DNA from: Promethearchaeota archaeon
GTDB lineage: Archaea > Asgardarchaeota > Hermodarchaeia > Hermodarchaeales > Hermodarchaeaceae
Reading direction: 5' to 3'
Length of the DNA: 64,000 bases
Assembly: GCA_048939245.1 (NCBI GenBank)
Contig: JBHLPR010000008.1
Location: forward strand, 420-64,419
Shown: positions 56,192-64,000 of the stretch, in pieces
How positions within the stretch are numbered: the first letter of the stretch is position 1
Layout: each line of letters begins with the position of its first letter
Notes under the pieces: model-generated
What the model was told of the DNA's origin: nothing
Seen by the model: the letters and a program-made list of their open reading frames with translations, nothing else
The model's database searches: none
Program-made: the position numbers and the translations under genes

Positions 56192-56310
56192 TTGAAAAGT
56201 AATCCGTTTAAGGAAAGGAGTATGCTAAAACCTTTTCCATCGCTTTATATTAGAATGGCTACATCCAAATAGAGCTACATCGATATTCAGTATATTGATG
56301 GGGGGTTATT

Positions 56311-56826
56311 ATGGCTGACCAGCAACCATCTGAGTTTAATTTACTAGAAACATCACGAGAAATTATCGCACATATTGCACATCGACTCGTTAAACAGAAA
56401 GCAACCCTGATGGTTGCAGAATCCGCTACAGGAGGTTTAATTCAGCATCTTCTTACACAGATATCAGGAAGTTCAGAGTTTTATCAAGGTGGCATTATCG
56501 CCTACTCAAACGAGCTCAAACACAGATTATTACAGGTCCCTGAATTAACTTTGGAGAAGTATGGAGCTGTTAGTCATGAAACGGTGGCGGCTATGGCGAA
56601 TGGTGTTCGATTATGGATGAACACCGATTATGGTTTAGCGTCTACGGGAATTGCTGGTCCTACTGGAGGCTCGCCATCAAAACCTGTTGGACTTGTATTT
56701 GTAGCTGTTTCTCACCATTCCTTTGAAACGGTTACCCAACAACACCACTTTGTAGGAACGCGCTATGACAATAAACTGAACTTCAGTCGGGTAGCGCTAC
56801 AACTACTTCTTGATGTTATCAAGTAA
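56311..56826 (+). CDS. pncC: CinA C-terminal domain protein / nicotinamide-nucleotide amidohydrolase PncC
   Basis: 171 aa. Contains VAESATGGL, GGIIAYSNE.K, GAVSHETV..MA and TGIAGPTGG...KPVGLVFVA. A G-rich Shine-Dalgarno-like site lies upstream of the ATG. Confidence 0.85.
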   Translation: MADQQPSEFNLLETSREIIAHIAHRLVKQKATLMVAESATGGLIQHLLTQISGSSEFYQGGIIAYSNELKHRLLQVPELTLEKYGAVSHETVAAMANGVRLWMNTDYGLASTGIAGPTGGSPSKPVGLVFVAVSHHSFETVTQQHHFVGTRYDNKLNFSRVALQLLLDVIK

Positions 56827-56889
56827 GAGGACTAGCGGTATTTTGCTTATCATGGCGGAAATCTCTTAAAGTAGCGCTTATCACGACAC

Positions 56890-57807
56890 ATGAAAGTTAT
56901 GCCCCCATTCCGTGGTTACCCCAACTATCTTGACCCACCGGTATTTCGTCCTCCCAGTGAAGCAAATAGTCTAATTCTACAAGCTACGCTTGGCTGTTCC
57001 CATAATGCGTGCACTTTTTGTGGCTCATATCGCACAAAACAATTCAAAGTAAAACCCTTTACCAAATTCCGAGAAGAGGTGGAACAACTTGCTCAACAAT
57101 ATCAACTTCAGCCTCGCCGCATTTTCCTAGCTGACGGTGATGCTTTTGTTCTATCCACCCCCCAACTATTAGAAATCCTTAACCTGCTTACACGCGAATT
57201 TCCCACTGTAGAGCGAATTAGCATCTACGCTAGCGGCACAAACGTACAGCGGAAATCAAGCGAAGAGCTAGACCAGATTAGAAATGCAGGACTCGAAATG
57301 ATCTATATTGGCTTAGAATCAGGTGATAATACTGTCCTGAAAAACGTTAACAAAGGTATCACAAACGAAGATCATATTACTGCCTGTCTCCGTTTGAAAC
57401 AAGCAAAATTTACAGTATCACCAATCATCATCTTGGGTCTGGGAGGGAAAGATCGAAGCCACCAGCACGCTATCCATACAGCCAAAACCATCAATAGCAT
57501 CGATCCGTCCTATCTAGCGGCCTTAACTCTAATGTTGGTTCCAGGGACTGAGCTGCATACCCAAATGAAACAGGGTGATTTTCAACCCTTAACTTCCCTT
57601 GAAATTCTACAGGAGCTTCGACTTCTCCTTGAGGACCTAACAGACCTATCGGAATGTGTGTTTAGAACTAATCATGCATCCAATTATTTACCTTTACGTG
57701 GAATTCTGTCCCGGGATCGTAATAGGTTACTCAAAACGATTGATTCTGTGTTATCTGATCCAAATATATCAAGCCGGTTACGCCCTGATTATGTAAGGGG
57801 ATTATAG
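56890..57807 (+). CDS. Radical SAM domain protein with a Cx4Cx2C cluster motif
   Basis: 305 aa. GCSHNACTFCG (C36, C41, C44), a GGE-like motif FLADGDAF, and IYIGLESGDN typical of radical SAM TIM barrels. Confidence 0.7.
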   Translation: MKVMPPFRGYPNYLDPPVFRPPSEANSLILQATLGCSHNACTFCGSYRTKQFKVKPFTKFREEVEQLAQQYQLQPRRIFLADGDAFVLSTPQLLEILNLLTREFPTVERISIYASGTNVQRKSSEELDQIRNAGLEMIYIGLESGDNTVLKNVNKGITNEDHITACLRLKQAKFTVSPIIILGLGGKDRSHQHAIHTAKTINSIDPSYLAALTLMLVPGTELHTQMKQGDFQPLTSLEILQELRLLLEDLTDLSECVFRTNHASNYLPLRGILSRDRNRLLKTIDSVLSDPNISSRLRPDYVRGL

Positions 57808-57830
57808 GAAAAGGCTTAACTCGTTGGTTT

Positions 57831-58049
57831 GTGCAACCTAGCTTAAAATATCAATGGAGTGGTATTCACGTGAGCCTTGATCCCGAAGATTTTGATCCCC
57901 TCGGTCGTCGCGATCCACGATCCCGTCATCCCAAAGATCCCAGACAATCGATTAATCATGATATAATTGCCATTATCCAACAATTACAAGTCCGGATCGA
58001 AAAACTCGAAGAGGACATGCGATTAGTTAAGAAGAAATTAAAAATCTGA
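57831..58049 (+). CDS. Hypothetical small protein (basic N-terminus, C-terminal coiled coil)
   Basis: 72-aa GTG-start ORF. Its 3' end overlaps the convergent M1 peptidase gene by 12 nt. Weak support. Confidence 0.3.
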   Translation: MQPSLKYQWSGIHVSLDPEDFDPLGRRDPRSRHPKDPRQSINHDIIAIIQQLQVRIEKLEEDMRLVKKKLKI

Positions 58050-59996
58050 GATTGATGATTGTCGTCGGCGATAAATGACAACAGCAAGCGTAATTATTAC
58101 TACACCAACTACAATCCCAATTGCGAGAGGAATCGGTGAACCCAACGCAAAGGAGAGAATGGCACTATCCGAGCGGTACTGGCAAAGAAGTACCCGGCCT
58201 GGATCCAGAGCCATAAAGAGTGGAAGTTCAGGAGTTGAAATTACACAAGAGGAACTAGTTTGAGCATCTACCCAAATCCATGTTTGCGTAGTGGATGCCC
58301 CATGATTTACACTCACTGGAATCCTTAGCCGTACCGGCGTTGGTTGGTATTGTTGAATCTGGAAATTAATCTGCCAACCTGAGGCAACTGCTTGAATTGA
58401 ATAACTGCTAAGCCCAAGGGTCACGATACCACTCCCATATACCCAAGGATCAAAGAACCAATCGAGTGATTCCCCTATCGCCTCTTCAAATAATTCTTGA
58501 AGCGAATAGGCACGAAGATTTCGATGCATTGCTTCTACATAGACATATTGCCATGCATCATAGAATGTCTGGTTGCCAAGTTGATGGCGAAGCATATCGT
58601 AGAGCAGAGCACTTTTAACGTAAACGATGCGTCCATAAGCATACCAGTCGGTAGTTTGCCAATAGTCCATTGATTGATTGATGCTCTTATCGCCTTCTGT
58701 GTTGACATATTCCCAATAGCCATCATAATCTGTTTGGCGATAATCACCCCGTGCTGTGCCTCCATAAACATATTCGACCCAGGCATATTCGCAATAGGAG
58801 GCAAAACCTTCATCAATCCAAGGTTCTGTGTAACTATCAGTGCCTATGGTAAAGGGAACCCATTCATGACCGATTTCATGAGCGGTTACAGCAGCAAGGG
58901 ATGAAAGACCACTAGAATAGGTGTATAGTGGTTGCCCAATCATAACCAGCTGCGGATATTCCATTCCCCCTGCCCAAATGTCAGTTTCAACAATGGCAAG
59001 ACTATCCCATGAATAGGGACCAAATAAATTCCCGTATATTTCCAAGCACTGCTGCGCCACTTCCAAGACACGCTGTCCACCTGATGCGTGATTCGAAACA
59101 TAATAGCTTGTCACGTTTACACTCTGCGTGAGAATACTATCTGTTTCATAATCAGGACTTGCACACCAAGTAAAATCGCGAACAGGCCCGGTTGTGAAAT
59201 GCCAATCCCTTGTCGAAGCACCAACGGTAATATCTTGAAGTTCCCCGGTAGCTGCAACGATGTAATCGTCCGGTACAGTGAGAGACACATTGTAAGTGGC
59301 CACGTCACTGTAGAAACTTTCTCCCATGAAAGAGTAAGGTTTGGTATCCCAACCGCGTTCATCGTAAACAGCAACAATTGGATGCCAATTGCCTAAATTA
59401 TAACCTAGGAAGTCAAAAGGGTCTGTTCGCTCATACCAACCAAATCTATCCTGACTTTCAGGGACAGTGACCTGCCAGGAAATAACTAAGGTTAGAATAC
59501 CACCTGGAGAGAGAACTCCTGGACCCGACCCGCTGACGAGATCGACTTCCAATATTGTTTGATCCTCACCAGTTATCAAGTAACTGAGAGAGTGACTATT
59601 ATAGCTAACATTAAAAACTTCAATCGATCCAAGGGGCTGAAAGGCATTAGGATATAAATGGAAGTATAATTCCGAAAATGATACATCAGCCTGGTTCACG
59701 TAGGCAATTGTTGTGTTCGCCATGACAATATGATTCCAATCTTGGAGAACTGCAAAGATTGTGTAGTTGGTGATAGGGTAAGGAGTGTTCATTAGAGCAC
59801 GTCCATCAATACTCTCCCTGCTTTCATTGACCCTCACAGAGTCGAGCTGGATCTTTTCAGAGGGAATGGCAGCGCATTGGATATCATTTGTTGAAAAACA
59901 TGATACAGATGTGGGAATAACCATCGGAAAGAAAATCGCGAAAACTAAAGTACACAGGATTCCAAGGGCTAACTTGCTTCGAACCCGCAAGGTCAT
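58038..59996 (-). CDS. M1 family zinc metallopeptidase, N-terminal signal-anchor and C-terminal TM anchor
   Basis: 652 aa. Gluzincin motif HEIGHEW-x18-E (WIDEGFASY) and a GGMEYP exopeptidase-like motif. The C-terminal helix IPLAIGIVVGVVIITLAVVIY is followed by RRRQ. Confidence 0.85.
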   Translation of the reverse strand: MTLRVRSKLALGILCTLVFAIFFPMVIPTSVSCFSTNDIQCAAIPSEKIQLDSVRVNESRESIDGRALMNTPYPITNYTIFAVLQDWNHIVMANTTIAYVNQADVSFSELYFHLYPNAFQPLGSIEVFNVSYNSHSLSYLITGEDQTILEVDLVSGSGPGVLSPGGILTLVISWQVTVPESQDRFGWYERTDPFDFLGYNLGNWHPIVAVYDERGWDTKPYSFMGESFYSDVATYNVSLTVPDDYIVAATGELQDITVGASTRDWHFTTGPVRDFTWCASPDYETDSILTQSVNVTSYYVSNHASGGQRVLEVAQQCLEIYGNLFGPYSWDSLAIVETDIWAGGMEYPQLVMIGQPLYTYSSGLSSLAAVTAHEIGHEWVPFTIGTDSYTEPWIDEGFASYCEYAWVEYVYGGTARGDYRQTDYDGYWEYVNTEGDKSINQSMDYWQTTDWYAYGRIVYVKSALLYDMLRHQLGNQTFYDAWQYVYVEAMHRNLRAYSLQELFEEAIGESLDWFFDPWVYGSGIVTLGLSSYSIQAVASGWQINFQIQQYQPTPVRLRIPVSVNHGASTTQTWIWVDAQTSSSCVISTPELPLFMALDPGRVLLCQYRSDSAILSFALGSPIPLAIGIVVGVVIITLAVVIYRRRQSSISDF

Positions 59997-60089
59997 AGCA
60001 TCAACTCTAGTTGGCTCTAAGAAACATCTTAAGAAAAAGTATTCGAAGGGTGCAATCGCGCCCTTCAGAAATATGAGTTTAAATGCAGA

Positions 60090-60239
60090 TCAGGCTTCTT
60101 CCGGAACAGCCGGGAATTCATAGCCGCAGGACGGGCAAGCAATTGCACCACAGCTACGAGCCATCATACAACCAGCACATCCTGTAGCTTGAGCTTTTTC
60201 GAATACTGAACCACACATTGGACAGCGATATTTGCTCAT
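60090..60239 (-). CDS. Small Cys-rich zinc-ribbon protein (49 aa) immediately downstream of feoB, not in the ORF track
   Basis: Hand translation gives MSKYRCPMCGSVFEKAQATGCAGCMMARSCGAIACPSCGYEFPAVPEEA, with 8 Cys including three CxxC pairs. The ATG lies 64 nt after the feoB stop on the same strand. Confidence 0.5.
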   Translation of the reverse strand: MSKYRCPMCGSVFEKAQATGCAGCMMARSCGAIACPSCGYEFPAVPEEA

Positions 60240-60303
60240 GATAGGAATCCTCCATTGTTGTTATTCAAGATACAAACCCTACACTAGATTTGCCTTTTGA
60301 AGC

Positions 60304-62526
60304 TTATGGAAATCCTATATTGAGTAGTATCCAGTTTGCTATGCCACCAATGAAGAAGGCAAGAGTTATTGTTGAGAATGCGAGCATGAGTGTATATTTC
60401 CAATGATATTCACGGACGAGGACAGCGATGGTGGCGATACAAGGAATATAGATTGTCGTAACCAAGGCGAAGACGAACATCTGGCGGACATTCATGAAAG
60501 TGTCGATGGGACCGTTGGCAAGGATGACAAGGAGTTCAACCGTGAGTTCCTTACGTAAGATACCGTAGACGAACGCGGCAGCTGTTTCAGGGGGAAGCCC
60601 AAGCCACCCCACGACGAGTGGAGCAGCCCAGATGCTCACCATATGTAAGTAAGAGAAGTCAGGGGTTGGGAAATAGAGAAGGAGCCCCAGAATAGCCCCG
60701 CCAATGATAATAAGCGGGAGTGCTATATAGACAAATTCTCGAAAACGAATCCACACTTTCTTTATGGTCGGTCGCAATCGAGGGGCTCGGAGCGGCGGTA
60801 TTTCCATGACGAGCCCATGCGAAGCTCCAGGGAGAGTATGTTGCAGTAAAGCACCGAAGCCGATGATAATTGCGAAGATGAGTGCGAGAATGATGAAGGC
60901 GAGGAAGATTGAAGAATATAGTCCCACGGTACCCAGAATAACAGCTAGCTGAGCAGAACAGGGTACGAGTACAACCAGAAAGCCAGCAATAAGTCGTTCG
61001 CGACGTGTCGTAAGAATTCGTGTTCCCAGAATAGCAGGGACATTGCATCCCATTCCAGTTAGCAAAGGAATAATTGCACGGCCATGGAGCCCTAGGCGAT
61101 GCATAAACGCGTCAAGGAGGAAAGCGATGCGGGCCATATAGCCTGTATCTTCTAGGACGGAAAGTATGATGTAAAAAGTTCCGACAAAGGGAACGGCGAT
61201 AAACACCCAGGCTTGAATTCCCAGAACCAACCCATAGTAGAGGATAATTTGAATAATAGGTGAAGGCATGAAGGTTGTAATGAGATATTCTGCTGAAGGA
61301 TTGATGAAGCCCTCCCAAAACTCCCCTACTGTCGCTTCGAAAATAGCTCCCACGGCAAACATTAACAATATGGATCCAATAAGAACTAGAACAGCAACAG
61401 GTAACCCGATAATTCGATGGGTAAGAACGGCTGATATTTTTTCAGTCAGCGGAACTCGTTCCCCTTTTCCAGTTTGTACTTGTTCGGTGAGGTAGAAAGC
61501 GTATTGTGCTCGTTTCTCTCCTAAGACTTGAACAATATCGGCGTCAAATTCCTCTTCAATATCTTTTCTAAGTGTTTCAACTAGCTTCACTGCATCTTCC
61601 GATTCAAGCCTACTTTCAATACATTCCGCACATTGAGCATATTTTTCGAGTAATTGCTGTGAAACAATTCTCAGTGGTAGATTCAAGGGGCAAAGTTGCA
61701 TTTTCGCTAGACGCTGTTCTAATGCACGAAGCTTTGCTTCAATTCCATCAGGAAATAACATTCGCCGTTGATGTTGTTGAGAACCTTCTAAGGCTGCAGC
61801 TTTAGCAGCAGTTCGAAGTAGAAGTTTCAAGTTGGTTCCATAAATTGCTACCGTAGAAATAACAGGGACACCCAACAAAGCCTCAAGCTTCTTTTCATCA
61901 ATTTCAATACCCATGCGCCGGGCGAGATCGACTTGATTTAAGCACACGACCATTGGAATGTTAAATTCTAAGAGTGCTATCGTGAGAAGGAGATTCCGAG
62001 GAAGATTTGTTGCGTCAACAACATTGACAATGACATCAGGAGAATCCTGTTGCAAATAGCGGAGAGTAACTTTTTCGTCATCCGTTGATGGACTGATAAT
62101 GGTATAGGATCCAGGCAGATCTACAATTTCAAGGCGAACACCTTCGAAGGTCTCATCAAAGTCTTTATGAGCCCATTTTCGGAACCGTTGACCAACCCGC
62201 CAGCCTCGCCCACGTTTAATTCGCGAACGCTTTTTTTCAGGTGGATTTTGCATCCTTTCATCCTTTGACGATTCTTGGATTTCCCAGTTCTTGATTCCAG
62301 GATGCCACCGAGGGGAGTAGACTTCATGATAAGAAAGGTAGACTGTTCCTTCTAGAATTTCTACCGTTGTGCCTGGATAATTGGAGACAATAGCACCAAG
62401 TCCAGTCCAATTATTAAAAATAACACTCTTCCCTACATTGGGTTGGCCCACTAGGGCTATTCGAAAATGATCCTTTTGTGGTAATCGTCTTGACCAACGG
62501 AATTTCCTTTTTCGAGGACCGTTCAT
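60304..62526 (-). CDS. feoB: Ferrous iron transporter FeoB (G domain with a basic insertion, plus polytopic membrane domain)
   Basis: 740 aa. G1 GQPNVGKS, G2 region PGTTVE, G3 DLPG and G4 NQVD are followed by a large membrane domain with the gate motifs typical of FeoB. Confidence 0.9.
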   Translation of the reverse strand: MNGPRKRKFRWSRRLPQKDHFRIALVGQPNVGKSVIFNNWTGLGAIVSNYPGTTVEILEGTVYLSYHEVYSPRWHPGIKNWEIQESSKDERMQNPPEKKRSRIKRGRGWRVGQRFRKWAHKDFDETFEGVRLEIVDLPGSYTIISPSTDDEKVTLRYLQQDSPDVIVNVVDATNLPRNLLLTIALLEFNIPMVVCLNQVDLARRMGIEIDEKKLEALLGVPVISTVAIYGTNLKLLLRTAAKAAALEGSQQHQRRMLFPDGIEAKLRALEQRLAKMQLCPLNLPLRIVSQQLLEKYAQCAECIESRLESEDAVKLVETLRKDIEEEFDADIVQVLGEKRAQYAFYLTEQVQTGKGERVPLTEKISAVLTHRIIGLPVAVLVLIGSILLMFAVGAIFEATVGEFWEGFINPSAEYLITTFMPSPIIQIILYYGLVLGIQAWVFIAVPFVGTFYIILSVLEDTGYMARIAFLLDAFMHRLGLHGRAIIPLLTGMGCNVPAILGTRILTTRRERLIAGFLVVLVPCSAQLAVILGTVGLYSSIFLAFIILALIFAIIIGFGALLQHTLPGASHGLVMEIPPLRAPRLRPTIKKVWIRFREFVYIALPLIIIGGAILGLLLYFPTPDFSYLHMVSIWAAPLVVGWLGLPPETAAAFVYGILRKELTVELLVILANGPIDTFMNVRQMFVFALVTTIYIPCIATIAVLVREYHWKYTLMLAFSTITLAFFIGGIANWILLNIGFP

Positions 62527-62546
62527 TGTTTCCTGCTCCGTTGTGA

Positions 62547-63290
62547 TTATTCTACAACATCACGGTGGACCCTAACCAGCTTGGCGAGGTCACGACTTAA
62601 GGCAAATTGAGCTGTTCCTACTTCAATAAGCAGAGTATCACCTACAGGTGAAACCTGGACAACATACACGGTTTCACCCGGAAGCATACCCATCGAAGAC
62701 ATCATACGAAGTAGTTCGACATTCTCATTGCTAATGCATTCAATAGCTGCTGATTCGCCTTGTTCGAGATCTGCCAAAGTCAATTCAGGTAATGGTTCCA
62801 CGGTTCCATCCGTATCTGGAATGGGATTTCCGTGTGGACAGGTAACTGGTCCTTCGAGCTTTTCGAGAACTCTGTTACAAAGCTCAGGTGTAAGCAAATG
62901 TTCCCATTCACAGGCAACACTGTGAGCTTCCTCCCAACTAACTCCCAAAAGATCAACAAGAAGTCGTTCTGCAACTCGATGGCGACGCAACACGTCAAGC
63001 GCAAGCTTACGTCCCTTCGCGGTTAAGCGGACACCCTTGTTCTTTACATATTTCAAATAGGATTTCGCTGCTAACTTTTGTACCATCTGTGTCACACTTG
63101 CAGGTTTCACGTTCAAAACCTGAGCAAGTTCACCAGTCTTTGCATACCGATTATTATTTTGGAGCAGGCGAAAAATCGCTTCGAGATACTCCTCAATACT
63201 TGCGCTGGGTAAGTTGTATGTGGAGTTCTTTGAAGAGCTTTTGGCGTCTTCTTTTGTGACTTCTGGTTGGGTTTGAGTTTCAGGAGTCAT
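62547..63290 (-). CDS. DtxR/IdeR-family metal-dependent transcriptional regulator with a C-terminal FeoA/SH3-like domain
   Basis: Contains EEYLEAIFRL...TGELAQVLNVKPASVTQMVQKL (wHTH), the dimerisation/metal-site region HRVAERLL...EWEH, and C-terminal GETVYVVQVSP...LIEV. The ATG at 63290 avoids overlap with the upstream gene; the track start is 63380. Confidence 0.8.
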   Translation of the reverse strand: MTPETQTQPEVTKEDAKSSSKNSTYNLPSASIEEYLEAIFRLLQNNNRYAKTGELAQVLNVKPASVTQMVQKLAAKSYLKYVKNKGVRLTAKGRKLALDVLRRHRVAERLLVDLLGVSWEEAHSVACEWEHLLTPELCNRVLEKLEGPVTCPHGNPIPDTDGTVEPLPELTLADLEQGESAAIECISNENVELLRMMSSMGMLPGETVYVVQVSPVGDTLLIEVGTAQFALSRDLAKLVRVHRDVVE

Positions 63291-63354
63291 AGATTCAAAT
63301 TTAGGTGTGCCTAAATATAAGCCTTTGCATCGTTTAAGCTTCCCAACCGCCCCT

Positions 63355-64000
63355 CTAAACAAAACCCAAAACTTGGGCACACATGAGAAAATACAATACT
63401 AAGGGACCTACAGCCCCCCATCGCTCAGCAATACTCTCAACATCACGACGTTTTGCGGGTTTACCATTCAGATATAAGTGGGAGATGATTTGCCGAATCC
63501 CTAAGTCATCTGCCGGAAAAACCTCTAATCGACGTAAACCGGTGAGAACCGCTAATTCAGCAGTCCATCGACCAATACCCCGAATCGAGTCCAATCGATT
63601 AAGAATAGAAACCGTATCCAATTGAGCAAGTTCACCCAATTTCAACGAACCAGAGGAAATCGATTCAAATAACCCAAGCAAAAAGGGAACCTTGTAACCA
63701 AGTTTACAGGATCTTAGGTCAGCTTCAGATAATGCTCCTAGCGTTTCAAGAGTGGGAAACCCGTATAATTGCTGCTTATCGATACGGCACTTTGAACCAT
63801 ATTGTAAAACAAACCTGCGCGTGACCTGATTTGCTGATCGAAAACTGACCTGTTGCTGCAAAATTGCTTTCACAATAGCTTCAAAGAAACTTGGTTGACT
63901 AAATGGTCTTAGCCCTTTCAATGGTTTTTCCAGATGGGCAATTACAGGATCTTCTTTAATTGCTGTTAACACTGGTTGTGTATCAACATCCCACCCTAAA
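63355..64000 (-). CDS. HhH-GPD superfamily DNA glycosylase (AlkA / 3-methyladenine glycosylase II-like), 5' end beyond the window
   Basis: Helix-hairpin-helix LDSIRGIGRWTAELAVL is followed by the catalytic Asp loop FPADDLGIRQ. The frame stays open upstream of the GTG at 63972 to the window end, so the N-terminus is probably missing. Confidence 0.75.
   Translation of the reverse strand, partial: LGWDVDTQPVLTAIKEDPVIAHLEKPLKGLRPFSQPSFFEAIVKAILQQQVSFRSANQVTRRFVLQYGSKCRIDKQQLYGFPTLETLGALSEADLRSCKLGYKVPFLLGLFESISSGSLKLGELAQLDTVSILNRLDSIRGIGRWTAELAVLTGLRRLEVFPADDLGIRQIISHLYLNGKPAKRRDVESIAERWGAVGPLVLYFLMCAQVLGFV

Noticed and set aside
1-64000. Search for mobile elements, prophage genes, CRISPR arrays, rRNA/tRNA genes and classic defence systems
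   Set aside because: I recognised no transposase, integrase, Cas, restriction-modification or phage structural motifs in any ORF. I also noticed no long direct or inverted repeats or regularly spaced repeats. This is a by-eye scan, so short or degenerate elements could have been missed.

Overview
This is a densely coding, moderately AT-rich prokaryotic chromosomal window with about 60 protein genes on both strands. I recognised no rRNA, tRNA, CRISPR array, transposase or integrase. The gene content looks archaeal: an ADP-forming acetyl-CoA synthetase alpha subunit, a rhodanese-less ThiI with a CxxC pair, an aIF-2B/MtnA-type isomerase, an M42 TET-type peptidase, a substrate-binding protein anchored by an N-terminal TM helix instead of a lipobox, A/T-rich TATA-like boxes and occasional GGAGG sites. 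An Asgard-type source is only a guess. Blocks from left to right: (1) an amino-acid/peptide block with a GSA-aminomutase-like enzyme, an amine-dehydrogenase-like protein and an M20 peptidase. (2) An ECF-type transporter with a fused double ATPase, an unusually long T component and a divergent putative S component. (3) An M42 peptidase and a PNPOx-like protein. (4) A hydrolase island at 10.6-20.5 kb with GH35, an unknown coupled ORF, a legumain-like clan CD peptidase, GH38 alpha-mannosidase and a double-HKD phospholipase D. (5) A BMP-type nucleoside ABC transporter operon. (6) A loose purine/ribose salvage set (phosphoribosyltransferase, MtnA-like isomerase, adenine deaminase, HAD phosphatases) interleaved with ThiI, ACD-alpha, aminotransferase, UbiA and SCP2 genes. 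(7) Tandem ArsB/NhaD-type permeases, an alpha/beta hydrolase, an M24 peptidase and two MFS transporters. (8) An orphan RACo-like 2Fe-2S/ASKHA protein, CinA/PncC, a radical SAM protein and an M1 peptidase. (9) A DtxR - FeoB - small Cys-rich ORF operon and a partial HhH-GPD glycosylase. The points most worth a second look are these. Two proteins share a RING/PHD-like cross-brace zinc-finger spacing; one is membrane-anchored and the other is a 55-aa ORF missed by the track. The hydrolase island resembles a lysosomal enzyme set, and its GH35 appears to have an Asp-for-Glu acid/base substitution. A small uncharacterised cassette holds a wHTH protein plus two paralogous small proteins. The FeoB G domain carries a basic insertion. 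Several membrane proteins carry extra TM bundles. All family calls are by-eye motif recognition; no searches were run.
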